The position numbers and the translations under genes were made by a program. From Gammaproteobacteria bacterium (lineage in GTDB: Bacteria > Pseudomonadota > Gammaproteobacteria > SZUA-229): DNA of 34,753 nt. The notes beneath the pieces were generated by a model. That model did not search any database. It was not told the DNA's origin and saw only the letters and a program-made list of their open reading frames with translations. The DNA is taken from positions 1-34,753 of the forward strand of contig JAPHRB010000136.1 of the NCBI GenBank assembly GCA_026197015.1, read 5' to 3'. Shown here piece after piece: positions 20,592-31,424 of the stretch (position 1 is the stretch's first letter; every line of letters starts with the position of its first letter).

Positions 20592-22553
20592 ATGGATATG
20601 GAACTCATTTATTTAGCAATACCACTAGCTTCTTTATTCGGTGCCATTATGGCTGGATTTTTTGGCAAAGCTATTGGTCGGTCTGGCGCGCATACGGTTA
20701 CGATTGCCGGTGTAGCTAGCTCATTTATTCTGTCACTTATGGCATATAACCATATTGTATTGCAGGCTGGTGATATTTATAACCAGACGGTCTATACATG
20801 GATGGTGAGTGATGGTTTACGATTTGAAGTCGGTTTTTTAGTAGACAAGCTGACAGTAATGATGATGTGCGTAGTAACCGGTGTATCGTTAATGGTGCAT
20901 ATTTATACCATTGGTTATATGCGTGATGATCCTGGTTATCAGCGTTTCTTCAGTTATATTTCACTGTTTACGTTTGCCATGTTGATGTTAGTTATGTCGA
21001 ACAACTTCTTTCAGCTGTTTTTTGGCTGGGAAGCAGTTGGGCTGGTTTCTTATTTACTGATTGGTTTCTGGTATAAAAAAGAAACGGCGATATATGCAAA
21101 CTTAAAAGCATTTTTAGTCAATCGTGTTGGCGACTTTGGTTTTATTCTGGGTATTGCAGCGGTTGTGATGTACGCAGGTAGTCTTGATTACAAAGAAGTA
21201 TTTGCGGCAGCCCCGCAAATATCAAACCAGGTTTTAGATATTGGTTTTGGTGAGTGGTCAGTCATCAGTGTCATCTGTATATTGTTGTTTATTGGCGCTA
21301 TGGGTAAATCAGCACAAGTGCCATTACATGTCTGGTTGCCTGATTCAATGGAAGGCCCAACGCCTATTTCTGCATTAATCCATGCGGCAACAATGGTTAC
21401 CGCAGGTATTTTCATGGTGGCACGTATGTCGCCATTATTTGAGTTTTCCGAAGCTGCATTAACCTTTGTTATGATTATTGGTGCTATTACTGCCTTATTT
21501 ATGGGGCTAATTGGTATCGTTCAAAATGATATTAAACGAGTGGTTGCTTACTCAACACTTTCACAACTGGGTTACATGACAGTTGCTTTAGGTGTTTCAG
21601 CTTACTCTGCAGCCGTGTTTCATTTAATGACCCATGCATTTTTTAAAGCGCTTTTATTCTTAGGCGCAGGATCCGTCATTATTGCTATGCATCACGAGCA
21701 GGATATGCGCAAGATGGGTGGTTTGAGAAAATACATGCCAATTACCTGGATAACATCTCTAATCGGCTCTCTTGCGCTGATAGGGTTCCCTGGGTTCTCA
21801 GGTTTCTTCTCGAAAGATTCAATTATTCTTGCGGTAGGGGCGTCAGATTTGCCCGGTGCAGATATTGTTCACTGGATGGTTTTAGCGGGTGTATTTATTA
21901 CAGCCTTTTACTCTTTCCGTATGTATTTTTTGGTGTTTCATGGTAAAGAGCGTATGGATGAACACACTAAAGAGCATCTTCGCGAAACACCCTGGGTGGT
22001 TACTGTTCCATTAATCGCACTAGCAATACCGTCAGTAATTATTGGCTGGATGACCATTGAACCAATGTTATTTGGAAGTTATTTCGCTGATGCAATCGTT
22101 GTGCATGAGTCAAATAATGTTATGGCAACATTGAAAGAAAGCTTCCATGGTCAGTGGGCGATGGTTGAGCATGGAATATTTTCATTACCATTTTTATTGG
22201 CTTTGTCAGGTGTAGGTTCTGCCTGGTATATCTATATGAAAAATCCACAGATTGCAGATAAGGCTCAACAAAAGTTTTCGTTTATTCACACGATGCTGGA
22301 GAAAAAATACTGGATCGATGAGCTTTACGTAAAAGTATTTAGCGATGGCAGTCGTGTTTTAGGCAAGGGATTCTGGAAAGCAGGTGATGTAGCAATAATA
22401 GACGGCCTAATTATAAATGGTTCAGCAAAAGTTGTCGGCTGGTTTGCAGGGGTCGTGCGTCATGTGCAAACCGGCATGCTTTATCACTATGCATTTGCAA
22501 TGATTTTGGGTCTGGTTGGGTTGTTATATCTATTTGCTAATCCAGCAAGCTAA
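20592..22553 (+). CDS. nuoL: NADH-quinone oxidoreductase subunit L
   Basis: GWEAVGLVSYLLIGFW, GKSAQVPLHVWLPDSMEGPTPISALIHAATMV, THAFFKA. Confidence 0.98.
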   Translation: MDMELIYLAIPLASLFGAIMAGFFGKAIGRSGAHTVTIAGVASSFILSLMAYNHIVLQAGDIYNQTVYTWMVSDGLRFEVGFLVDKLTVMMMCVVTGVSLMVHIYTIGYMRDDPGYQRFFSYISLFTFAMLMLVMSNNFFQLFFGWEAVGLVSYLLIGFWYKKETAIYANLKAFLVNRVGDFGFILGIAAVVMYAGSLDYKEVFAAAPQISNQVLDIGFGEWSVISVICILLFIGAMGKSAQVPLHVWLPDSMEGPTPISALIHAATMVTAGIFMVARMSPLFEFSEAALTFVMIIGAITALFMGLIGIVQNDIKRVVAYSTLSQLGYMTVALGVSAYSAAVFHLMTHAFFKALLFLGAGSVIIAMHHEQDMRKMGGLRKYMPITWITSLIGSLALIGFPGFSGFFSKDSIILAVGASDLPGADIVHWMVLAGVFITAFYSFRMYFLVFHGKERMDEHTKEHLRETPWVVTVPLIALAIPSVIIGWMTIEPMLFGSYFADAIVVHESNNVMATLKESFHGQWAMVEHGIFSLPFLLALSGVGSAWYIYMKNPQIADKAQQKFSFIHTMLEKKYWIDELYVKVFSDGSRVLGKGFWKAGDVAIIDGLIINGSAKVVGWFAGVVRHVQTGMLYHYAFAMILGLVGLLYLFANPAS

Positions 22554-22639
22554 TTGCTTTCTCTTTAGAAAGCCTGAAAGTATAAAAAAATACGAATGAA
22601 AATATACATAATGAAAAATAACATCAGGATTAAATCATA

Positions 22640-24166
22640 ATGTTTGCAGGTTGGCCCCTTCTAAGTCTGCTCGTCTGGTTGCCAATTATTGGTGGCGTAG
22701 CAGTGTTACTGTCTGGAGATAAAGGTGGTTCAGAAGGCTCGCGTCGTCTGGCACTTATTATTTCAGTTGCAACGTTTGTATTGAGTCTTGGTTTATATAC
22801 CAACTTCGATAGTGCAACATCTGCAATGCAGTTTGAAGAACGATTTGAGTGGATAGGTGATTTTAATATCTACTATCATCTGGGTGTAGATGGAATATCT
22901 ATGCCGTTGATTATTTTAACCACCTTTACAACAATTCTGGTTATTCTGGCTGGTTGGGAAGTTATACAAAAAAGAGCATCACAGTACATGGCCGCTTTCC
23001 TGATAATGGAAGGTTTAATGATTGGCGTTTTCTCCGCTCTCGACGCCATGTTTTTCTATGTGTTCTGGGAAGCCATGTTAATACCCATGTTTGTAATTAT
23101 TGGTGTATGGGGTGGTCCTAACCGGGTTTACGCAACGATTAAGTTCTTTATTTATACCTTTTTCGGCTCCGTGTTTATGCTGGTGGCAATGATTTATATG
23201 TATTACCAGTCAGGTAGCTTTGCAATACTAGATATGCATAACCTGAATCTTGGAATGACAGAGCAGACTCTAATTTTCTTCGCGTTTCTCGCCGCCTTTG
23301 CCGTGAAAGTGCCTATGTGGCCGGTACATACCTGGTTACCTGATGCGCACGTCGAGGCACCAACGGGTGGCTCAGTGATACTGGCCGCCATTATGCTAAA
23401 GATTGGTGGTTATGGTTTTGTTCGATTTGCCTTACCAATTACACCCGATGCAAGCATGTCTTATGACTGGTTGATTATTGCCATGTCGCTGATTGCGGTG
23501 GTTTATATCGGTTTCGTAGCGTTGGTGCAAAGTGATATGAAAAAGTTGGTTGCTTACTCATCTATTGCACATATGGGTTTTGTAACACTAGGTCTGTTTT
23601 CGGTTTTTCAAATATTAAATAATCCTGCCAATGTTGATATTACGGGTGCTGTTTTAGCGATTGAAGGTGCAATGGTGCAAATGATATCTCACGGCTTTAT
23701 TTCGGGTGCAATGTTCCTCATGATAGGGGTGTTATATGACCGTATGCACAGCCGAGAAATTGCAGATTATGGTGGCGTCGTAAATACCATGCCTGTTTTT
23801 GCCGCGTTTGCTGTTTTCTTTGCAATGTCTAATGCGGGTTTGCCTGGTACGTCCGGTTTTGTAGGTGAGTTCATGGTTATTCTTGCGGTATTTAAAGCTA
23901 ACTTCTGGATTGCATTCCTCGCAGCAATAACTTTAATACTGGGTGCAGCGTACACACTTTGGATGGTTAAACGTGTGTTTTATGGTGAAGTTACAAATGA
24001 GAATGTAAAAGCGCTAAAAGATTTAAATCAACGTGAACTTTTAATTATGTCGATACTCGCTGTATCGATATTAGCTCTGGGCTTATACCCTGCGCCGCTG
24101 GTAGATGTAATGCATGTTTCTGTGGATAATTTGTTACAGCATATTACTCAGTCAAAACTGCCTTAA
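22640..24166 (+). CDS. nuoM: NADH-quinone oxidoreductase subunit M
   Basis: GVDGIS, FWEAMLIP, AVKVPMWPVHTWLPDAHVEAP, GLPGTSGFVGEF. Confidence 0.98.
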   Translation: MFAGWPLLSLLVWLPIIGGVAVLLSGDKGGSEGSRRLALIISVATFVLSLGLYTNFDSATSAMQFEERFEWIGDFNIYYHLGVDGISMPLIILTTFTTILVILAGWEVIQKRASQYMAAFLIMEGLMIGVFSALDAMFFYVFWEAMLIPMFVIIGVWGGPNRVYATIKFFIYTFFGSVFMLVAMIYMYYQSGSFAILDMHNLNLGMTEQTLIFFAFLAAFAVKVPMWPVHTWLPDAHVEAPTGGSVILAAIMLKIGGYGFVRFALPITPDASMSYDWLIIAMSLIAVVYIGFVALVQSDMKKLVAYSSIAHMGFVTLGLFSVFQILNNPANVDITGAVLAIEGAMVQMISHGFISGAMFLMIGVLYDRMHSREIADYGGVVNTMPVFAAFAVFFAMSNAGLPGTSGFVGEFMVILAVFKANFWIAFLAAITLILGAAYTLWMVKRVFYGEVTNENVKALKDLNQRELLIMSILAVSILALGLYPAPLVDVMHVSVDNLLQHITQSKLP

Positions 24167-24193
24167 AACAGCTGATTTATAAATAGAGAATTA

Positions 24194-25633
24194 ATGATGA
24201 CATTAGAAATGCTTAATCTTTCAATCGCCATGCCAGAGTTATTTTTACTCGCACTTGCATGTACAGTTTTAGTGGTTGATGTTTATCTGAAAGATGAAAG
24301 ACGTAATGTAACCTATGTGTTATCTCAGTTCGGTCTGATTATTACCCTGATTTTAATTTCACAGCAGAGCCCACAGTCACGCGAATTAGCTTTTAATGGT
24401 TTGTTTGTAAACGACCTGTTAGCGACAGTTTTAAAATATGCGGCTGTATTACTGGTGGCGGTTGTTTTTGTGTATTCTCGTCGTTATCTGCAGGATCGTA
24501 ATATTTTTAAAGGTGAGTTTTACGTACTTGGACTGTTTGGTTTGCTTGGTATGATGGTAATGATTTCATCAAATCATTTTCTCTCAATGTATTTAGGTCT
24601 TGAACTTCTTTCCTTGTCACTTTATGCCATGGTTGCTTTTGATCGAGAGAACCCTAATGCAGCAGAAGCGGCAATGAAATATTTTATTTTAGGCGCCATA
24701 GCTTCAGGAATGTTGTTGTACGGTATGTCTATGGTTTATGGCATGACCGGTTCATTAAATATTGTGGAGGTTGCTGTTGCCCTTGACCAAATAGAAGGCA
24801 ACAATATAGTTCTTATATTTGGTCTGGTCTTTATGGTAATAGGCCTGTCATTTAAATTGGGTGCCGTACCTTTTCATATGTGGATTCCCGATGTTTATCA
24901 TGGCTCTCCAACTACCGTTACCAGTTATATTGCAAGCGCACCAAAAGTGGCCGGTTTTGCAATGATAATTAGATTGCTTGCAGAAAGTATGGGTAGTTTG
25001 CAAACAGACTGGCAGGGAATGTTCATTATCATGGCGGTCCTTTCGATGATAGTTGGTAATGTCATTGCTATTGCACAAACAAATTTAAAGCGTTTATTTG
25101 CCTACTCAACTATTTCTCATGTAGGTTTTATTATGCTTGGTTTATTGGCGGGTAATCAGGAAGGTTACTCGGCTGCTATGTTTTATACACTTACTTATGC
25201 GTTAACATCTTTAGGTGCTTTTGGCGTGATTATTCTGTTAACTCGTAAAGGGTTTGAGGCTGAAAACATTGATGACTTTAAAGGCTTGAACCAACGCAGC
25301 CCCTGGTTTGCATTTATAATGTTAATCATTGTTTTCTCAATGGCGGGTGTTCCACCAACGGTTGGTTTCTGGGCAAAACTGGCAGTGCTTAAAGCCGTAG
25401 TAAATATAGATATGTTATGGCTGGCACTGCTTGCTGTATTCTTTTCTATTATTGGTATATTTTATTACCTGCGAATTGTCAAAGTTATGTATTTCGACGA
25501 TGCGCTGGATAAGAGTGAGATTAACTGCTCTCGTGATATGCAAATTGCACTTAGTGCGAATGGCTTGTCCGTATTGCTGTTAGGGTTATATCCAGCGGCG
25601 CTTATGTCTATTTGTATTGCTGCATTTGCTTAA
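24194..25633 (+). CDS. nuoN: NADH-quinone oxidoreductase subunit N
   Basis: GLELLSL, EAAMKYF, FKLGAVPFHMWIPDVY, AGVPPTVGFWAK. Confidence 0.98.
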   Translation: MMTLEMLNLSIAMPELFLLALACTVLVVDVYLKDERRNVTYVLSQFGLIITLILISQQSPQSRELAFNGLFVNDLLATVLKYAAVLLVAVVFVYSRRYLQDRNIFKGEFYVLGLFGLLGMMVMISSNHFLSMYLGLELLSLSLYAMVAFDRENPNAAEAAMKYFILGAIASGMLLYGMSMVYGMTGSLNIVEVAVALDQIEGNNIVLIFGLVFMVIGLSFKLGAVPFHMWIPDVYHGSPTTVTSYIASAPKVAGFAMIIRLLAESMGSLQTDWQGMFIIMAVLSMIVGNVIAIAQTNLKRLFAYSTISHVGFIMLGLLAGNQEGYSAAMFYTLTYALTSLGAFGVIILLTRKGFEAENIDDFKGLNQRSPWFAFIMLIIVFSMAGVPPTVGFWAKLAVLKAVVNIDMLWLALLAVFFSIIGIFYYLRIVKVMYFDDALDKSEINCSRDMQIALSANGLSVLLLGLYPAALMSICIAAFA

Positions 25634-25738
25634 AAATTTCAAAATCCCTGTTTTAAACAAAGACTGGTGTTTGAATTAAATTAATGTTCTATATGATTTG
25701 CCAGTTATTTAAAGACATCTGATTTAATATATTGGCAT

Positions 25739-26449
25739 TTAGAATTTCTTTGTAGCTTTTATCAGTGCCGCTCTTCTAATGAACTCTATTTCACCGCTTG
25801 CTTTCATGTCCTTGAGAATGGGGGTGATTATAGGTATAAGGTGCCGATTTTTTTTATGTACAAAATGATAGAGTTTAAGCCTTTCAAGGGGATTACTTAT
25901 TGCTTTTATATCATGATATTTTTTTTGATATATAAGATTAATACTGGCTAGTTTGGGGATAACGATAATTTCTGTCTGATCTGATTGTAAAAGCAGTAAT
26001 GCTTCTTCCAATGTTGCAACAAAATTTCTATCAAAATTTTTTGTTCCCGTTTCTATAAATTTAGCTCCCTTTACAATAGTTAGTTTATGTTTACGCAGGT
26101 CGTCCCAGTTATTAATGAATAAAGATGTGTTTTTGCTAAAAGCTACAGCCTCTACTGAAATGATTGAAATAGGTATTTTTTTTAAATTGGGTGAGAATTG
26201 AGTTATTGCGCTTATGCGAGCAATTTCCCCATCGGTTTCTCCAGCGTTAGAACGTTGTAAAGATTCCTGTAGATTTAAAAAGAGTGGGGTTATGTTTATA
26301 CCTGCTTTTTTATAGGCTTTTACTAAAATTTCGGCGGCAATTATATGCGCCATATTGTCTTTGCCGCCTGAAAAAGTGTAACTTTCTGCATTTACTATTA
26401 GCGGGTTGAATAAGAGGGCGTAGAATAGAACGCTGAAAATTTTCTTCAT
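25739..26449 (-). CDS. putative periplasmic solute-binding protein (polar amino-acid/family 3-like), orphan
   Basis: Signal peptide MKKIFSVLFYALLFNPLIVNA-ES; RSNAGETDGEIARI, WDDLRKHKLTIVKG, LYHFVHKKN and LKDMKASG resemble family-3 binding proteins; no permease or ATPase nearby. Confidence 0.65.
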   Translation of the reverse strand: MKKIFSVLFYALLFNPLIVNAESYTFSGGKDNMAHIIAAEILVKAYKKAGINITPLFLNLQESLQRSNAGETDGEIARISAITQFSPNLKKIPISIISVEAVAFSKNTSLFINNWDDLRKHKLTIVKGAKFIETGTKNFDRNFVATLEEALLLLQSDQTEIIVIPKLASINLIYQKKYHDIKAISNPLERLKLYHFVHKKNRHLIPIITPILKDMKASGEIEFIRRAALIKATKKF

Positions 26450-26532
26450 AGCTCTATTTTAGAGCTAATCAAAAGGTTTTGCCTTTAATTTAATATTTAA
26501 TTGAGTGATTGAAGTAATCTATTATATTTGCC

Positions 26533-26561
26533 TTGCAATAAGTCTTTGATATCTGTAGTAT
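26533..26561 (+). promoter_or_regulatory. sigma70 promoter of the tRNA-fMet-rimP-nusA-infB operon
   Basis: TTGCAA-17 bp-TAGTAT followed by TCGCTCC, 14 nt upstream of the tRNA. Confidence 0.65.
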
Positions 26562-26575
26562 TCGCTCCAAGTTGA

Positions 26576-26652
<77 letters not shown>

Positions 26653-26691
26653 AATTTTAGTAGGTTGATAAGTTGTTGATCCGCAGGGGTC

Positions 26692-26776
26692 TTCGGCTTA
26701 TGAGCCCAACGAGTAGTCGGTCTCATGGTGTAGTATCTGTGGGAAGGTCGCAGATTCAAATCCTGCCCCGGCTACC
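26692..26776. repeat. tRNA-fMet-derived repeat: inverted anticodon arm plus direct copy of the 3' half
   Basis: 26692-26713 is the reverse complement of 26599-26620 at 20/22; 26743-26776 matches 26618-26651 at 31/34. Confidence 0.85.
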
Positions 26777-26791
26777 CAATATTTCTAAGAG

Positions 26792-26817
26792 AGGCCCCGT
26801 ACATCGGGGCCTTTTTT
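26792..26817 (+). terminator. intrinsic terminator/attenuator between tRNA-fMet and rimP
   Basis: AGGCCCCG-tacat-CGGGGCCT followed by TTTTT; analogous to the metY-rimP terminators of E. coli. Confidence 0.85.
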
Positions 26818-26881
26818 ATGGCTCGATACGGGTGTAAAATCCCAGTGGTTTAAAATCTAACAGTAAGGGTAACTATCAAGC

Positions 26882-27328
26882 GTGAGCGACATCTGGTCAA
26901 TTATTGAACCTGTAGTAGAAGGCATGGGATATGAGGTAGTAGATATCGAATATCGACCACACCCGACAGATGGATTATTACGTATATATATTGATGGCCC
27001 GAATGGTATCGTGCTTGAAGACTGTAGCGCAGTTAGTCTTCAAATTAGCAGTGTTCTAGATGTAGAAGACCCCATCCCGGGGCAGTTTAATTTGGAAGTA
27101 TCATCTCCGGGTATGGACCGGCCATTACGTAAAATCGCTGATTTTGTGCGTTTTACGGGATCAACTGTAAAAATTAAATTAACCGTGCCCACACTTGAAG
27201 GGCAAAGAAATTTTACAGGCAAGTTAAAGGGTATTGAGAATGAAGATGTCGTTCTTGAAATGGATGGAGAGACCCATTATCTAGCCTTAGACTCAATCGA
27301 TAAAGCGCGGATCGTTCCGCAGTTCTAG
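26882..27328 (+). CDS. rimP: ribosome maturation factor RimP
   Basis: GTG start; [31 protein letters not shown]; precedes nusA. Confidence 0.96.
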   Translation: MSDIWSIIEPVVEGMGYEVVDIEYRPHPTDGLLRIYIDGPNGIVLEDCSAVSLQISSVLDVEDPIPGQFNLEVSSPGMDRPLRKIADFVRFTGSTVKIKLTVPTLEGQRNFTGKLKGIENEDVVLEMDGETHYLALDSIDKARIVPQF

Positions 27329-27363
27329 GTAACGCCTGGACACACGGGTTTTTGGAGCCAGAC

Positions 27364-28869
27364 ATGAATAAAGAAATTCTTTACGTAGTAGATGCCGTCT
27401 CAAATGAGAAGGCAGTAGAAAAGGAAATCATTTTTGAGGCGATTGAAGCGGCCTTAGCTACGGCCAGCCGTAAAAAACAAGGTAAAGATATTGAGGTTCG
27501 CGTAAGTATTGACCGTGAAACAGGCGCTTATGATACTTTTCGTCGCTGGGAAGTGGTTGAAGAGATGGAAAACGGTGGTCTTGAGTTTCCGTTAAAGCAA
27601 ATTACATTAGAAGCGGCGCAAATTGATGAACCGGATATTGAATTAGGCGGTTATGTTGAAGAAGAAATTGAATCCGTTGAATTTGGTCGAATTGCAGCAC
27701 AAACAGCAAAGCAGGTTATAGTTCAAAAAGTTCGTGAAGCTGAGCGTGCTCGTGTTGTCGAAGCCTTCCAGAGCCGTGTTGGTGAATTGATTATGGGCAC
27801 GGTTAAACGTGTCGAGCGCGGTAATATTTATCTTGATTTAGGTGATAATGTTGAAGGTTTTATACCCCGTGAAGACGTTATTCCTCGTGAGGCGGTACGT
27901 CCGGGTGATAGATTACGTGGTTATCTAAAAGAAGTGCGCTCTGAAGCTCGTGGCCCTCAGTTATTTATCAGTCGTACAGCTCCGGAGTTTCTGGTTGAGT
28001 TGTTCAAGCTTGAAGTGCCGGAAGTCGGGCAGGATCTGATCGAAATTATTTCTGGTGCCCGTGATCCGGGGTCTCGCGCCAAGATAGCGGTTAAATCAAA
28101 TGATCCACGCATGGACCCTGTTGGTGCCTGTGTTGGTATGCGTGGTTCGCGAGTTCAGTCGGTATCAAATGAGCTAGCAGGTGAGCGGGTAGATATTATT
28201 CTCTGGGATGATAATCCTGCGCAATTCGTTATTAATGCGATGTCACCAGCTGAAGTGTTATCTATTGTCGTTGATGAAGATGCTCACTCAATGGATGTTG
28301 CTGTCGAAGATGAAAAGTTATCTCAGGCAATTGGTAAAGGTGGTCAGAATATTCGTATGGCCAGCCAGTTAACTGGCTGGAACCTGAACATAATGTCAAC
28401 CGATGATATGGAAGAAAAATCAGAGGCTGAAGGTAAGGTTCTGGTTGAACTGTTTATGGAACAGCTTGACGTAGATGAAGATGTTGCAGTTATTCTGGCA
28501 GCTGAAGGTTTCTCTAGTATAGAGGAAGTGGCCTATGTACCAGAAAGTGAATTCCTGAATATTGAAGAATTCGATGAGGATATTGTTGAAGAGCTTCGTG
28601 GCCGTGCAAGAGATGCATTATTAATGAAAGCAATTTCACAGGAAGAGTCTGTTAATGAGCCTCAGAAAGATTTGCTTGAAATGGACGGTATGAATACTGA
28701 TCTTGCAAAAATGCTGGCATCGAAAGGTGTTTGTACGATGGAAGATTTAGCAGAGCTCGCCATTGATGAGTTGCAGGAAATTGAAGATATGTCTGAAGAG
28801 AGTGCTAGCGCATTAATTATGACCGCGCGTGCACCCTGGTTTGAAACTGAAGAAGAGACAAGCCAGTAA
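27364..28869 (+). CDS. nusA: transcription termination/antitermination factor NusA
   Basis: MNKEIL start (ATG 27364 after GGAG), [23 protein letters not shown]1/KH motifs ARDPGSRAK and [11 protein letters not shown], acidic C-terminal repeats. Confidence 0.98.
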   Translation: MNKEILYVVDAVSNEKAVEKEIIFEAIEAALATASRKKQGKDIEVRVSIDRETGAYDTFRRWEVVEEMENGGLEFPLKQITLEAAQIDEPDIELGGYVEEEIESVEFGRIAAQTAKQVIVQKVREAERARVVEAFQSRVGELIMGTVKRVERGNIYLDLGDNVEGFIPREDVIPREAVRPGDRLRGYLKEVRSEARGPQLFISRTAPEFLVELFKLEVPEVGQDLIEIISGARDPGSRAKIAVKSNDPRMDPVGACVGMRGSRVQSVSNELAGERVDIILWDDNPAQFVINAMSPAEVLSIVVDEDAHSMDVAVEDEKLSQAIGKGGQNIRMASQLTGWNLNIMSTDDMEEKSEAEGKVLVELFMEQLDVDEDVAVILAAEGFSSIEEVAYVPESEFLNIEEFDEDIVEELRGRARDALLMKAISQEESVNEPQKDLLEMDGMNTDLAKMLASKGVCTMEDLAELAIDELQEIEDMSEESASALIMTARAPWFETEEETSQ

Positions 28870-28889
28870 CCCTGGGGAGGAACTAGAGA

Positions 28890-31412
28890 ATGTCACAAGT
28901 TACAGTTAAGCAGCTCTCCGAGGTCGTAGGTGCACCGGTAGAGCGATTATTAGAACAATTAAAAGATGCAGGCATAGTGGTTGCTGATGCTGATTCGGAA
29001 ATAACCGATGAGCAGAAGTTTAAGTTACTTGATCATTTGCGTAATAGTCATGGTAAGAATACGACTGCGACTGCAGGTAAAGGCAAAATTACACTTAAGC
29101 GTAAATCTACGGCTTCTTTAAAAAGCTCGGGTAGTAAAGCCGTTAATGTAGAAATTCGTAAAAAACGTAGTATCTCAAAACTAGGTGACTCAGAGTCGAC
29201 TGATGATGAGAAAGAAAAAGAAAAGGCCGATATTCAGCGTTTAATGGCTGAAAAAGAAGCTCGTGAAGCAGAACGTGCAGAAGCAGAAGTTGCCGCAATA
29301 GAAAAATCTAAAGAAGCGGCAAAGCAGCGTGAAGACGATGAACAGGCGAAAAAAGAAGCAGCAGTAAAATCGCGTATTGAAGCAGAGCAGCAGGCAAAAG
29401 TTGTGGCTAATGCAAAAGCGCGTGGTGCTGCAAAAGCTGAAGCATCTACGGCGCCAGGTTCTGATGATCGTAACAAGGGGGCGCAGAAAGCAACCGCTAA
29501 AGGTCATAATAAAGGCGATACTCGTTATGGCAGAAAAGAACTACATGTTGCTTCAGGTAAAAAGGCCCGCGGAAAAAAACAAAGCCGTAAAGTGTTAGCA
29601 ACACAGAATGCAGAAGCAAAACATGCGTTCGAAAAACCAGTTGAAAAAATTGTTTATGATGTGGATGTCCCTGAAACTATTAAAGTTTCAGATCTTGCTA
29701 TCAAGATGTCTATGAAAGCCGGTGAGATGATTAAAACAATGATGACGATGGGGGTTATGGCCACCATTAATCAGGTTATTGATCAGGAAACGGCAATTTT
29801 GATTGTTGAAGAGCTGGGTCATAATGCAGTGGCATCTTCTGCCGATGATCGTGAAAATACATTATTGGCGTCAGCAGGAGACGAGTTGCATGATGAGCAG
29901 CCACGTCCACCTGTAGTGACTATTATGGGTCATGTTGACCATGGTAAAACGTCTCTACTCGATTATATTCGCCAGGCTAAAGTTGCATCGGGCGAGGCGG
30001 GTGGTATTACTCAGCACATCGGTGCATACCATGTTGAAACAGATAAAGGTGTTATCACCTTTTTAGATACACCGGGACATGCCGCGTTTACATCAATGCG
30101 TGCCCGTGGTGCTCAGGCAACTGATATTGTTATCCTGGTTGTTGCTGCAGATGATGGTGTTATGCCGCAAACAATTGAAGCAATACAGCATTCTAAAGCA
30201 GCTGGTGTGCCTTTGATTGTAGCTGTTAACAAAATTGATAAAGAAGGTGCAGACCTTGATCGAGTTAAGACGGAACTGGGAAGTCATGAAATTATTCCTG
30301 AGGACTGGGGCGGCGAAAATATTTTCGTTAATGTTTCCGCTAAAACTGGAGAGGGTATCGATGATTTACTCGAGGCCATTAGTTTAACAGCTGAAATGTT
30401 AGAATTTAAGGCACCTACTAAAGGGCCTGCTCAGGGTATTGTTGTTGAGGCGACACTGGATAAAGGTCGAGGTGTTACGACAACCGTTCTTGTTCAAAAA
30501 GGTAGTCTGAAAAAAGGCGATATTTTGTTAGCGGGTAATGAATACGGTCGTGTTCGTGCATTATTTGACGAAAATGGCAAACAGATTGATGAAGCCGGGC
30601 CTTCTATACCGGTAGTGGTATTGGGTTTGTCCGGTACACCTTCTGCAGGTGATTTAACTCAGGTAATGGCTGATGAGCGAACTGCGCGTGAACTAGCGGG
30701 TAGTCGAAGTCATAAAGAACGTGATGTTAAGTTTGCTGCACAACAACAGGCCAAGTTAGACTCTCTGTTTACTAATCTGGGTAAAGGTGAAGTTAATTAC
30801 CTGAATATTCTGCTTAAAGCAGACGTACAAGGCAGTCTTGAAGCGATTAAAGAATCATTGTTCAAACTGGCAGCTGATAACGAAGAAGTTGATGTGGCTA
30901 TTATTGGTTCTGGCGTAGGTGGTATTAATGATACTGACATCAGCCTGGCAGCTGCATCTAATGCTGTTGTATTTGGTTTTAATGTGCGAGCAGATGCCGC
31001 GGCAAGAAAATCTGTAGCTGAACGCGGTGTTGATATGCGTTATTACAGTGTTATCTACGATTTAATAGACGATGTTAAACAAGCGTTAACCGGAATGCTT
31101 TCTGCGGAATACCGTGAAGATATTATTGGTCTGGCTGAAGTTAAAGATGTATTTAAATCACCAAAGTTTGGTTTAATTGCCGGCTCAATTGTAACGGAAG
31201 GTACTATCAGGAAAGATCAGCCAATTCGTGTTTTACGTGATAACGTAGTTATTTATGAAGGTGAGCTTGAGTCACTTAGACGTTTCAAAGATGCGGTTGA
31301 AGAGGTTAGAAGTGGTACAGAGTGTGGCATCGGTGTTAAGAATTATAACGATGTTAAAGTTGGTGACCAGATAGAAGTCTTTGAACGTGTTGAAGTCGAG
31401 CGGACTTTGTAA
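28890..31412 (+). CDS. infB: translation initiation factor IF-2
   Basis: [38 protein letters not shown]. Confidence 0.98.
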   Translation: MSQVTVKQLSEVVGAPVERLLEQLKDAGIVVADADSEITDEQKFKLLDHLRNSHGKNTTATAGKGKITLKRKSTASLKSSGSKAVNVEIRKKRSISKLGDSESTDDEKEKEKADIQRLMAEKEAREAERAEAEVAAIEKSKEAAKQREDDEQAKKEAAVKSRIEAEQQAKVVANAKARGAAKAEASTAPGSDDRNKGAQKATAKGHNKGDTRYGRKELHVASGKKARGKKQSRKVLATQNAEAKHAFEKPVEKIVYDVDVPETIKVSDLAIKMSMKAGEMIKTMMTMGVMATINQVIDQETAILIVEELGHNAVASSADDRENTLLASAGDELHDEQPRPPVVTIMGHVDHGKTSLLDYIRQAKVASGEAGGITQHIGAYHVETDKGVITFLDTPGHAAFTSMRARGAQATDIVILVVAADDGVMPQTIEAIQHSKAAGVPLIVAVNKIDKEGADLDRVKTELGSHEIIPEDWGGENIFVNVSAKTGEGIDDLLEAISLTAEMLEFKAPTKGPAQGIVVEATLDKGRGVTTTVLVQKGSLKKGDILLAGNEYGRVRALFDENGKQIDEAGPSIPVVVLGLSGTPSAGDLTQVMADERTARELAGSRSHKERDVKFAAQQQAKLDSLFTNLGKGEVNYLNILLKADVQGSLEAIKESLFKLAADNEEVDVAIIGSGVGGINDTDISLAAASNAVVFGFNVRADAAARKSVAERGVDMRYYSVIYDLIDDVKQALTGMLSAEYREDIIGLAEVKDVFKSPKFGLIAGSIVTEGTIRKDQPIRVLRDNVVIYEGELESLRRFKDAVEEVRSGTECGIGVKNYNDVKVGDQIEVFERVEVERTL

Positions 31413-31424
31413 CTTATAAGCATA

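Noticed and set aside
22556-22620. 7-bp hairpin GCTTTCT/AGAAAGC and AATGAAAA direct repeat in the nuoL-nuoM spacer
   Set aside because: Weak AT-rich stem without a U tract and unrelated to the other repeat families; not enough to call
26714-26780. Possible second functional or intron-containing tRNA-Met
   Set aside because: No 5' acceptor strand or D arm, mismatches in the T stem and acceptor strand, and the 3' side of the anticodon stem is missing; treated as a repeat
29190-29470. Glu/Lys/Ala-rich quasi-repeats in infB
   Set aside because: Normal low-complexity N-terminal region of IF-2
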